A DNA stretch of 28,140 nt from Dehalococcoidales bacterium. GTDB taxonomy: Bacteria; Chloroflexota; Dehalococcoidia; Dehalococcoidales; UBA5760. The DNA is taken from positions 1-28,140 of the forward strand of contig JAFGFP010000096.1 of assembly GCA_016931015.1 (NCBI GenBank), in the 5' to 3' direction. This document shows, piece after piece, positions 7,326 to 15,527 of this stretch (position 1 is the stretch's first letter; the number at the start of each line of letters is the position of its first letter). The position numbers and the translations under genes were made by a program. Under the pieces are notes generated by a model. The model did not search any database and was not told where the DNA came from. It saw nothing but the letters and a program-made list of their open reading frames with translations.

Positions 7326-8852
7326 ATGGCACGACCGGGAGTTGTAATCGAGCCGTATCAAAGGCTCAAGCTAACGCAGGTGGAGCGGATACACCGCGCC
7401 TCTTTAGAGATACTGACCGACCCCGGCATCATCTGCTTTAACCGCACCGCCGCCGAGCTATTCGCCGACCACGGCGCCGAGGTCACCGCCACGGGGCGGG
7501 AAGAAGCGCCTACCTGGCAGCTCAAGATTCCGGAGCGCCTGGTTAATGAAGCCATCGGCAGTTGCCCCAAGACGGTGAAGCTGGGGGCGCGTAACCAAGA
7601 TAACTGCCTCGTCCTGGACGGCGCCGAGGCCAGGGTGCACTTCGCTTCTGGCTCCGAAGCCAACAAGTGGCTCGAGGTGGACGTGGAGACCTTCGTCAGT
7701 AAGCGCGACCCGTCCCGGGAGACGGAGCTGGCGGTCTTCCGGGAGGAGAAAGGCACCGCCGGGCGGCTGGCCCAGGCGGCCCGTCTCTGCGAGCGCCTCG
7801 ACTCCTGGGACAGCTTCCTGCGCACGGTAAATATTCAGGACGAGGACATTAACCGCGATAACAAGGACGTTAACAAGTTCTTTGTCGCCCTTAACAATAC
7901 CACCAAGCACGTTATGTCCGGGCTGACCGAGATTACCAAGCTAAAGAGCGTGGTCAGGATGGCCCGGATTATCGCCGGGGGAGAAGACGAGTTCCAAAAG
8001 AACCCGATTCTCTCCTTTATCACCTGCGTGGTAAAGAGCCCCCTGCAACTGGTTGACGACACCACCCAGAAGGCGATAGAGATTGCCCGACTGGGCATCC
8101 CATTGGTTATCTCCAGCTCCCCTCAGGGCGGCTCCACCGCCCCCATTAAAGAGGAGGGCATGGTCGCCCAGATAAACGCCGAGATTCTGACCGGGATAAC
8201 GCTTACCCAGATGGTAAACAAGGGCGCCCCCGTGCTCTACGGCAGCGTCCCGGTGAGAACCCGCATGGACAACCTCTACGATTCCTACGGCGTCCCCGAA
8301 TTCAGCCAGTATAACGTAGACTGCATCCAGATGGCGCGCCACTACGGCCTGCCCTGTTACTCCACGGCCGGGGTCTCCGACGTCGCGATACCCAGCATCC
8401 AGGCCGCCGTGGAGAGGCTCTTTTCGCACATCTTAGTCACCCTGGCCGGAGCCCATTATGTCCACTACGCCTTCGGGCTTCTGGAACGGACTAACGTCTT
8501 CTGCCCCGTCCAGGCAGTCTTGGACGACGTCCACATCGACATGGTGAAGCGGTTCGTCCGGCAGCCGGAGGTGAGCGAGGCCAGCATTACGGACTGCCTC
8601 ACCCAGGTAAGGAAGGTTATGACTACCTCCCACAAGCTCTACGTCCGTTTCGTGCGTCACGCCCTTCGCTCCGGTGGGATAACGCCACCCTACCCCTTCG
8701 AAAGTAAAGGCATGACCGATGAGACCCTGGTTCTGGCCCGGCAGCGGTTGGAAAAGCTCCTCTCACTGCCGGCGCCCCACCTCGGCCAGGATATTATAGA
8801 CCGCATCTTTAAGGAGGTGCCTGGCCTGCTACCCAGGCTGCGGAATCTTTAG
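7326..8852 (+). CDS. Second, more divergent MttB-superfamily methyltransferase, non-pyrrolysine
   Basis: IERIHRASLEILTDPG, ALNNTTKHVM, VKSPLQL, GGSTAP, GAPVLYG, ARHYGLPCYSTAGVSD, AGAHYVH.AFGLLE; GAGGAG RBS. Confidence 0.85.
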   Translation: MARPGVVIEPYQRLKLTQVERIHRASLEILTDPGIICFNRTAAELFADHGAEVTATGREEAPTWQLKIPERLVNEAIGSCPKTVKLGARNQDNCLVLDGAEARVHFASGSEANKWLEVDVETFVSKRDPSRETELAVFREEKGTAGRLAQAARLCERLDSWDSFLRTVNIQDEDINRDNKDVNKFFVALNNTTKHVMSGLTEITKLKSVVRMARIIAGGEDEFQKNPILSFITCVVKSPLQLVDDTTQKAIEIARLGIPLVISSSPQGGSTAPIKEEGMVAQINAEILTGITLTQMVNKGAPVLYGSVPVRTRMDNLYDSYGVPEFSQYNVDCIQMARHYGLPCYSTAGVSDVAIPSIQAAVERLFSHILVTLAGAHYVHYAFGLLERTNVFCPVQAVLDDVHIDMVKRFVRQPEVSEASITDCLTQVRKVMTTSHKLYVRFVRHALRSGGITPPYPFESKGMTDETLVLARQRLEKLLSLPAPHLGQDIIDRIFKEVPGLLPRLRNL

Positions 8853-8868
8853 ATTACGGAGAGTAACC

Positions 8869-9555
8869 ATGACGCAAGAAGATATTATCAATCTGATTAA
8901 AGAAAACGTGATTCAGGGAAGGGTCACCCAGGACGACGAGGGGCTGGACGAGGGCATGGTCGGCAAGCCCGGGGTGACCGAGCTCATCGACGAAGCCCTG
9001 GCGGCCGGTATCGAGGTTAAAGACATCATCGCTAAGGGGCTCAGCGCCGGTATGGAAATCGTCGGCGATAAGTTCAGCAGCGGCGAGTTCTTCATCCCCG
9101 ACATGCTCGCCTCGGCGGAAGCCGTCGGCGCCGCCATGGAGAAGCTGGAACCGCATCTCGCCAAAAGCGGCATCAAGGCCAAGGGCAAGATACTGATTGC
9201 CACCGTGAAGGGCGACCTGCACGATATCGGCAAGAACATCGTCTCGATACTGCTGCGCGGGGCCGGTTACACCGTCAAAGACCTGGGGAACGACATCGAG
9301 CCGCAGACCATCGTAGCCGCGGTAAGAGAGGAGAAGCCCCAGTTCCTGGGCCTCTCGGCCCTGCTCACCAGCACCATGACCAGCATGCAGGATACCATCG
9401 AGGCTCTTAAAGAGAGCGGCCTCAGAGACGGGGTGAAGGTAATTATCGGCGGGGCGCCGGTCTCGGAGGAGTTTGCCAAGAGCATCGGGGCCGACGGCTA
9501 TGGCTCCGACGGCTTCCAGGCAGTCGAGACCGTGGAGTCCCTGGCTGCCGGCTAG
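8869..9555 (+). CDS. Cognate corrinoid (B12-binding) protein, MttC/MtbC-like
   Basis: Cap domain (GMEIVGDKFSSGEFFIPDML) plus Rossmann B12 domain with DxHxxG (GDLHDIGKN), LSALLT and IIGGAP. Confidence 0.95.
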   Translation: MTQEDIINLIKENVIQGRVTQDDEGLDEGMVGKPGVTELIDEALAAGIEVKDIIAKGLSAGMEIVGDKFSSGEFFIPDMLASAEAVGAAMEKLEPHLAKSGIKAKGKILIATVKGDLHDIGKNIVSILLRGAGYTVKDLGNDIEPQTIVAAVREEKPQFLGLSALLTSTMTSMQDTIEALKESGLRDGVKVIIGGAPVSEEFAKSIGADGYGSDGFQAVETVESLAAG

Positions 9556-9566
9556 GAAGAGACTGG

Positions 9567-10793
9567 ATGAGCGAGAAGGATGCCTACAACGAAGCCCTCA
9601 GGAGCGGGCAGTATGCCAAACCCGGGGGGCTGTTGGGTAAGTACGATAACGTCCGCCGCTTCTGGGAAGACGAGGAGCTCGGGCTCTACCTGAGACCCTA
9701 CCTGGAAGAACTAATCGCCAGGAAGAAGAAAAACGCCGAAGGCTTGCGAGTCTTAGACCTGGGCTGCGGCAGCGGCGACGGCCTGGAGTTACTCTCCGGG
9801 ATTACCCGCCGCGACGCCCCCGTCTCGGAGCACGATAGCGCCGTGATACCCGCCGCTATGCTGGAGCGCTACCAGGGGATTGACATTAACCAGGGACTCC
9901 TGGAACAGGCGCGCAGTATCTACGGGGACAGGGAGAACATCGCCTTCACCGACGCCGATATAAACAACTACGACCTGAGCGGCGACGTCCCCTACGACCT
10001 TTACCTGGCTAACTACGGGACACTGTCCCACAACAGTGACGAGCAGACGGTGGCCATCCTGAGCCGCATCGCCGGGCACGCCAAAGACGGCGCCCTGGTA
10101 CTCGTCGACTGGCTGGGGCGCTTTTCCTACGAGTGGCAGACCCTGTGGACGCATGATTTCGAGCACAACCAGTGGATGAACTACACCATCTCTTATATCT
10201 ACGCCGGCGACCGGCAGAAACAGGCGGCGCTAACCTACTTCCCGCTGCGGCTGATGGCGCGCGCCGAAGCGCTCGATATCTACCAGCGGGTCAAGGCGGA
10301 GACGGGCGATGCCATCACCCTGCGCCAACTGGCCGACCGCTCATCGTTCGTCGGCCGCCACATGGATACTGCCCAGTATAACCCCCACTGCCCGCCGCTG
10401 CGGAGGCTGGTTAACTCGCTCTTCGAGCCCAACGCAGCCACCGACCTGGACGAACTGTTGATTCGCTACGTCCCTATGGAAGGCTTCCCCGAGATAAACG
10501 CCTACTACGAGAAGTTTACCGACTGGTGGAACCACCTCGTAATGGCCACCACAGCCGGGCTGGCGGGAAAGACGCCGCCCGAAGCACCCGGAGAAATCCC
10601 CGACACTGCCGTAGAGGTGCTCAGCAACATGAAGGGAGTCCTGAAACTGGCGGCGATGCTGAAGATAGGTAACCCCCGGGCCAGCCTGGTCGAGCCCCAG
10701 CTCGGCTATTGCCTCCGCGAGCTTGAGATGGGCCTGCAACAAGGGCTGGGCTGCGGACACGGGTTGGTGGCCCTCTTTGAGATTGTAAAGTAA
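9567..10793 (+). CDS. Class I SAM-dependent methyltransferase, 408 aa, with long N- and C-terminal extensions; substrate unknown
   Basis: Motif I VLDLGCGSGDG, motif II YQGIDIN, later DLYLANYGTLSH. Confidence 0.8.
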   Translation: MSEKDAYNEALRSGQYAKPGGLLGKYDNVRRFWEDEELGLYLRPYLEELIARKKKNAEGLRVLDLGCGSGDGLELLSGITRRDAPVSEHDSAVIPAAMLERYQGIDINQGLLEQARSIYGDRENIAFTDADINNYDLSGDVPYDLYLANYGTLSHNSDEQTVAILSRIAGHAKDGALVLVDWLGRFSYEWQTLWTHDFEHNQWMNYTISYIYAGDRQKQAALTYFPLRLMARAEALDIYQRVKAETGDAITLRQLADRSSFVGRHMDTAQYNPHCPPLRRLVNSLFEPNAATDLDELLIRYVPMEGFPEINAYYEKFTDWWNHLVMATTAGLAGKTPPEAPGEIPDTAVEVLSNMKGVLKLAAMLKIGNPRASLVEPQLGYCLRELEMGLQQGLGCGHGLVALFEIVK

Positions 10794-10833
10794 CCCTTAC
10801 CGGGCTGATACGGGCTATGAGGAGGTTAAGAGC

Positions 10834-12351
10834 ATGAGCGGACTTGCCGTCGCCTACGGGAAGAAACCCAAGCTAGGTGATATTAACGCCATGATGCGGG
10901 CCATCGCCCACCGCGGCCCCACCGCCTCCGGGGTGTATCAAGCGGACGGCATCGTCATGGCTCAGAACTATCTTCGGGCCGACGGCGCCCGCCCCGATAG
11001 CGACGTTCCGGTGCGCAGCCCTGATAACCCCAATCTCGCCATCTGCTACGACGGCCAGATGGGCAACTGGGCGGAGCTGGCCTCCGCACACGGCGTCCCC
11101 GACGGGCCCTTCCGAGAGGAGCGCCTGATACTGGCCCTCTACCAGAAATATGGCCGGGGAATGCTCGAATATCTCGGTGACACCATCTTCGCCCTGGTCA
11201 TCTTCGACGGGAAGGACATCTTAGCGGCACGCGACCTGCTCGGTATCAAGACCCTCTTCTACGCCGAGAGAAACAGCACCCTGTTTTTTGCCTCCGAGCT
11301 TAAAGAGCTACTACCAGTGAGTAAGGCGGTCTATGAGTTCCCCAACGGCTGCGCCATGGACGGCAGCGGACATCTGAGCAGCTTCGCCGAGCTACCCGAG
11401 AAACCACCTCGCCCCTGGAGGCGCAGCCCGAAGCGGATGGCCGCTGACATCAGGGGCATCATCGAGCAGAGCTTCCGTAACCGGATTGACTTCAGCCTGC
11501 CCACGGGGGGCCTGCTCAGCGGCGGTCTGGACAGCAGCGTCATTAACTCTATCGCCAGCCGGGCCTACAAAGAGAAAAAAGGCAAGGCGGCGAGACTGAA
11601 AACCTTCGCTCTGGGCGTGGGCGAGAGTAACGACATTGTGTCAGCCCGCCTGGTAGCCAGTCACATCGACTCGGAGCACCACGAGCTTATCGTCAGCCTC
11701 GAGGACATGCTCGCGGTTCTCCCCAAGGTTATCTACCACCTGGAGAGCTTCGACCCCTCGCTGGTAAGAAGCTCGGTAGCCAACTACCTTGTCTCCCGTT
11801 ACGCCCACGAACAGGGCATCCAGATACTGCTCTCCGGCGAGGGGGGGGACGAGGTCTTCTGCGGCTATCGCTATCTTGCCGACTACCCCGCCGAGGCCCT
11901 GTTCGGCGAACAGATGGCCTGTATCGGCCGACTGCACAACAACGCCTCCCTGCGCCTGGACCGGATGAACATGGCTAACTCGATACGGGTGGTGGCGCCG
12001 CTGATTTCAGGGAAGCTGCTCGACTACGCCCTGGCCATAGCCCCCGAGTACAAGCAAATGCCCGACGGGGCCGACAAAATCGAGAAGTGGATTATGCGCA
12101 AGGCCTACGAAAAGCAGCTGCCACAGCCGGTAGTCTGGCGGCGCAAGCAGGAGTTTTCCCAGGGCTCAGGCTCAGCCGACGCCCTGACCGCCTACTTCGA
12201 GGAGCAAGTCCCGGACCGGGAACTGACTGAGGCCCAGGCCGCTCAGCCGCTAATCCGCAGTAAGGAAGAGCTCCACTACTTCCGACTCTTCACCGGGTAC
12301 TTCGGCAGCGGCCCGGCCGTGGCCACGGTGGGCCAATGGCTCTGCCTCTAG
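10834..12351 (+). CDS. Asparagine synthase (AsnB)-like ATP-dependent amide ligase with a degenerate glutaminase domain
   Basis: HRGP, ARDLLGIKTLFY, FASELK, PP-loop LLSGGLDSS, LSGEGGDEVFCGY. N-terminus is MSGL, not MCGI. Confidence 0.85.
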   Translation: MSGLAVAYGKKPKLGDINAMMRAIAHRGPTASGVYQADGIVMAQNYLRADGARPDSDVPVRSPDNPNLAICYDGQMGNWAELASAHGVPDGPFREERLILALYQKYGRGMLEYLGDTIFALVIFDGKDILAARDLLGIKTLFYAERNSTLFFASELKELLPVSKAVYEFPNGCAMDGSGHLSSFAELPEKPPRPWRRSPKRMAADIRGIIEQSFRNRIDFSLPTGGLLSGGLDSSVINSIASRAYKEKKGKAARLKTFALGVGESNDIVSARLVASHIDSEHHELIVSLEDMLAVLPKVIYHLESFDPSLVRSSVANYLVSRYAHEQGIQILLSGEGGDEVFCGYRYLADYPAEALFGEQMACIGRLHNNASLRLDRMNMANSIRVVAPLISGKLLDYALAIAPEYKQMPDGADKIEKWIMRKAYEKQLPQPVVWRRKQEFSQGSGSADALTAYFEEQVPDRELTEAQAAQPLIRSKEELHYFRLFTGYFGSGPAVATVGQWLCL

Positions 12352-12373
12352 GACGAACCCCCCAGCCAGGCTA

Positions 12374-12411
12374 AAAAGCCCCCGATTTCCGGATCGGTTT
12401 CGGGGGCTTTT
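12374..12411. terminator. Bidirectional intrinsic terminator between the convergent AsnB-like gene and wtpA
   Basis: AAAAGCCCCCGA...TCGGGGGCTTTT, a 12-bp inverted repeat with A/T tails on both sides. Confidence 0.85.
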
Positions 12412-12434
12412 CATTTTAGCCAAGCCGTAACTAT

Positions 12435-13403
12435 CTAGTCGAGGTATTTCTGCAGCGACTCGGGCGCCAGGCTCGCATCGTTGGTCTGTGCCGGAACCAC
12501 CGCTGGTTGACCGTAGGCTTCCATGATAGCAATACCTTGGTCACTCAGCAGATAATCAATCCAGGCTACGCCCAGGTCGTGTTCGGGCGAGTCGGTGGGT
12601 ATGGTAACCCCGTAAACGATGGCCGTACCCCTTTGCTCGATGGTAGTCCCCGGCTCGGTACCGGCAATCTCCACCACGGCGGTATCGTAGAAATCCCTGT
12701 AGGTCTCGTCGGCCAGATTTATCTGAGGTGGCAGTTTTACGTAGTTTAGCTTTTGTTCTGCAGCCACCGAGGTGTACTCGAAGGCATAGTCCAGGTCGCC
12801 CGACTCCAGAAGGGCAATCAGGTCCACGGACTTAGGCCGCATAACGTCCCCTTCGGCCTGGTAGAGGGCGTCATATAACCCGGGAGCGCCGTAGTGCTCT
12901 TCGGCCAGCTGCCAAACCATGAGCGTCCGGTAGCCGCAGGGATCCTGGTCGGGGTCGCTGCGGCCGTAGTTAACGCCGTCTCTCTGCAGTATCTCATACC
13001 AGTTATCGCTATTTATCTCAGCAGCGAACTGCGAACTATCGGTGTAGGCGAGACACATCTGGTTGGTGGCGAAGATGATGTACCAGTCGGCAAAATCAGG
13101 GAACATCAGCTGCGGGATTAAGTTGTAATCAGCCGAGCCGATAACGCCACACTCCCGCTGGAGCTCGGTAACCTTACGAATGGTGGTGGCGCTGCCGGCT
13201 CCTTCGGATAAGACCTCCACGTCGGGATAGATCTCATTGAAACTTCTGGTTACTTCATCAAACGGTGCGGTCAAGCTCCCGGCGTGGAAGATATGCAGCG
13301 TCCCCGATAATCCTGCCTCCTGGGCCGGCTTAGCACAGCCAGCCGCCAGGCTTAAGACCAGGCTCACTGCCAGGCAAAAACCAATAATGGGAAATTTCTT
13401 CAT
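12435..13403 (-). CDS. wtpA: Tungstate/molybdate ABC transporter substrate-binding lipoprotein, WtpA type
   Basis: Lipobox LAAG-C; IFHAGSL, EGAGS, GRSDPDQDPCGYR, LDYAFEYTSVA, IVYGVTIP are WtpA-like, not ModA- or TupA-like. Confidence 0.88.
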   Translation of the reverse strand: MKKFPIIGFCLAVSLVLSLAAGCAKPAQEAGLSGTLHIFHAGSLTAPFDEVTRSFNEIYPDVEVLSEGAGSATTIRKVTELQRECGVIGSADYNLIPQLMFPDFADWYIIFATNQMCLAYTDSSQFAAEINSDNWYEILQRDGVNYGRSDPDQDPCGYRTLMVWQLAEEHYGAPGLYDALYQAEGDVMRPKSVDLIALLESGDLDYAFEYTSVAAEQKLNYVKLPPQINLADETYRDFYDTAVVEIAGTEPGTTIEQRGTAIVYGVTIPTDSPEHDLGVAWIDYLLSDQGIAIMEAYGQPAVVPAQTNDASLAPESLQKYLD

Positions 13404-13440
13404 CTGTCTTCCTCCTCAAAGTTTGCTCGTGTAAGCATTG

Positions 13441-13470
13441 AATCTATTATTAATCTATTATTAATCTATA
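13441..13470 (-). promoter_or_regulatory. 11-bp tandem repeat (ATTAATAATAG x2 plus partial copies) in the wtpC-wtpA spacer
   Basis: Minus strand reads TATAGATTAATAATAGATTAATAATAGATT, ~38 nt upstream of the wtpA ATG; 18/19 identical to 1936-1954. Confidence 0.65.
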
Positions 13471-13482
13471 GGCCGCCCTCCT

Positions 13483-14529
13483 CTAGAAGATATTAACCGC
13501 CGATGCCTTAAAGGTAATGTAGACTTGCCTGCCCACCGAAAGCTCCATAGCTTCAAAAGAGTTCCTGGTAACCAGGCAGACGAAGTCGGGAGGCACGTTT
13601 ATCGTCAGCAGCAGCGTGGAGCCCTTATCGCTAACCCCGGTAATCGTCCCCGCAAACGAGTTACGGGCGCTGGAGGGGAAGGGAGCGTGGGAAACGATGA
13701 TATCCTCGGGGCGGAGAGAAGCATGGCACCGGCCGTGGTGCTCGGTGACCACCGCCAGGCGGACCCCGTCAACCTCGAACAGGGCGCCCTCGCTCTCATC
13801 GCTACGCACTTCTCCCAGGAAAATATTCCTCACCATAGCGAAGCGGGCGACGAACTCGGAGCCGGGCTGACGGAATATCTGCTCCGGAGTGCCTATCTGC
13901 TGAATAGCGCCGTCGCCGATTACGGCGACCCGGTCGGCCAGGGCGATGGCCTCCTCGAAATCATGGGTAACGTGAACCGTGGTCACCCGGTACTGCTCGT
14001 GGAGCCGCTTGAGCTCACGCTGCAGGACCTCCCGGCTGTTCGGGTCGAGGGCGCTGAGCGGCTCATCGAGCAGAAGCAGCCGGGGACGGACGCTCAAGGC
14101 CCGGGCCAGGGCTATCTTCTGCTTCTCGCCGCCGCTCAAGGTATCCGGTTTGCGGTCGAGCAGGTGGTCTATCCCCAGCAGCTCGGAGAGCCAGGCCAGG
14201 GTCGCCTCCATCTCGGCAGGGCTATCCTTCCGAATTTTCAAGCCGAAGGTAATGTTGTCCCTTACCGTGAGGTGGGGAAAGAGCATCTGGTCCTGATAGA
14301 CGATGCTGATACCACGCTTCTCCGGCTGAAGCCCGGTAACCTCCCGTCCCCCCAACCAGATGCGCCCCCGCTTCAGGGGATAGAGCCCGGCCATGGACTC
14401 AAGAAGAACGGTCTTACCGGCCCCGGTCGGCCCCAGTATCACGAAGTACTCGCCGGCCGAGATGTCGAGGTTGGCCCCGCGCAGCACGAAGTCCCCCAGG
14501 TCCACCCAGAGGTCTCTTACCTCAATCAC
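13483..14529 (-). CDS. wtpC: Tungstate/molybdate ABC transporter ATPase with C-terminal TOBE domain
   Basis: Walker A GPTGAGKT, signature LSGGE, Walker B LLLDEP, H-loop VTHD; C-terminal SARNSFAG...ITFKASAV (TOBE). Confidence 0.9.
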   Translation of the reverse strand: MIEVRDLWVDLGDFVLRGANLDISAGEYFVILGPTGAGKTVLLESMAGLYPLKRGRIWLGGREVTGLQPEKRGISIVYQDQMLFPHLTVRDNITFGLKIRKDSPAEMEATLAWLSELLGIDHLLDRKPDTLSGGEKQKIALARALSVRPRLLLLDEPLSALDPNSREVLQRELKRLHEQYRVTTVHVTHDFEEAIALADRVAVIGDGAIQQIGTPEQIFRQPGSEFVARFAMVRNIFLGEVRSDESEGALFEVDGVRLAVVTEHHGRCHASLRPEDIIVSHAPFPSSARNSFAGTITGVSDKGSTLLLTINVPPDFVCLVTRNSFEAMELSVGRQVYITFKASAVNIF

Positions 14530-15319
14530 CCTTCCGACCCCCCTTTACCAGGGTTCTGAGAACGACGAAGATAATAAGGCTGATTAAGATGAGCAATACC
14601 GCCACCGGCCGGGAGTAGGTCAGCCCGTAGGTCTCGAAGCGCTCGTAGATGAGGGTAGGGGCAATCATGGGGTGATAGGCGAGAATAATGACCGCCCCGA
14701 ACTCGCTTATGCCGCGCGCCCACATCATGATGTTCCCCGAGAGGATGCTCCTCCAGGCTAGGGGGAAGGAAATCTTGAAGAAGGTCTGCCAGGGCGAAGC
14801 GCCCAGGGTGCGGGCCACCTTTTCCAGCCGGACGTCCACCTTTTTGAAGCCCTCTTTGGCCGAATCTATGAGGAAGGGCACGCTGACGAAGAGCATGGCC
14901 ACCACGATACCGGCCGTGGAATCAACAAAATGGATACCCACCGCATCGAAGGCCCGGCCGGCCAGGAAGTTACGCCCGAAGACGAAAAGCAGGGCGATAC
15001 CGGCGGCGGTGTGGGGCACCACGATGGGGACATCAATCAGCCCCTCGACTATTCTCTTGCCCCGAAACTCGTGACGGGCCAGGAGGTAGGCCAGGGGCAC
15101 CCCGAGCACGAAACCGACCCCGGTGGCGATAAGGGCCGTATACAGGGTGAGCAGTATGGCTTTGGTTACCTCAGGGTCGAAAAGGGTCTCCCGCAGGATA
15201 TCGGGGTCAGAGGCAAAAATCATGCGGAAGAGAGGCACGATAATGAACAGGAAGATAACGGCCCCGAGCAGTATAAAGGTCAGCGTCAGCTTATTTGACC
15301 TTACCCACTCCTTTAGCAA
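14522..15319 (-). CDS. wtpB: Tungstate/molybdate ABC transporter permease
   Basis: TTG start 5 nt after GGAGG; GVPLAYLLAR, IDVPIVVPHTAAG, EAA-like loop LEKVARTLGAS, WARGISEFGAV. Confidence 0.9.
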   Translation of the reverse strand: MLKEWVRSNKLTLTFILLGAVIFLFIIVPLFRMIFASDPDILRETLFDPEVTKAILLTLYTALIATGVGFVLGVPLAYLLARHEFRGKRIVEGLIDVPIVVPHTAAGIALLFVFGRNFLAGRAFDAVGIHFVDSTAGIVVAMLFVSVPFLIDSAKEGFKKVDVRLEKVARTLGASPWQTFFKISFPLAWRSILSGNIMMWARGISEFGAVIILAYHPMIAPTLIYERFETYGLTYSRPVAVLLILISLIIFVVLRTLVKGGRKGD

Positions 15320-15350
15320 GCAGACCTCCGGTCTTCTAGATGCTAAACAT

Positions 15351-15379
15351 AAAAAAGCACCTCGTAATTCGAGATGCTT
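15351..15379 (-). terminator. Intrinsic terminator, the likely expression platform of the Moco riboswitch
   Basis: Minus strand AAGCATCTCG-AATTA-CGAGGTGCTT-TTTT, lying between the aptamer and the wtpB RBS. Confidence 0.8.
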
Positions 15380-15409
15380 ACCAAACTGCTCTACTACTCA
15401 ATATTATCT

Positions 15410-15520
15410 TTCCTTTCCAAACACGGGAGGCGTCACTGTTTCCCATGACACCCTGGGTTTTACTAACCACACGGCCGGATGCCATGCCCTTACGGGTTTA
15501 GGCATACGGCTCGGAAAGCC
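15410..15520 (-). ncRNA. Moco (molybdenum/tungsten cofactor) riboswitch-class RNA motif
   Basis: Minus strand has a CTTTCC...GGAAAG closing stem, GTAA and GAAA loops, and the 3' block GCCTCCCGTGTTTGGAAAGG, matching the conserved end of the E. coli moaA leader as recalled (GCCUCCCGUAUUUGGAAAGG). It sits upstream of a Mo/W transporter. Confidence 0.88.
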
Positions 15521-15527
15521 TACTTTC

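Noticed and set aside
5800-8852. Pyrrolysine-containing trimethylamine methyltransferase
   Set aside because: Neither ORF has an in-frame TAG, the candidate position holds Met or Val, and no pyl genes are in the window.
13525-14559. 344-aa plus-strand ORF
   Set aside because: Antisense shadow of wtpC with no motifs; long shadow ORFs are expected at this GC content.
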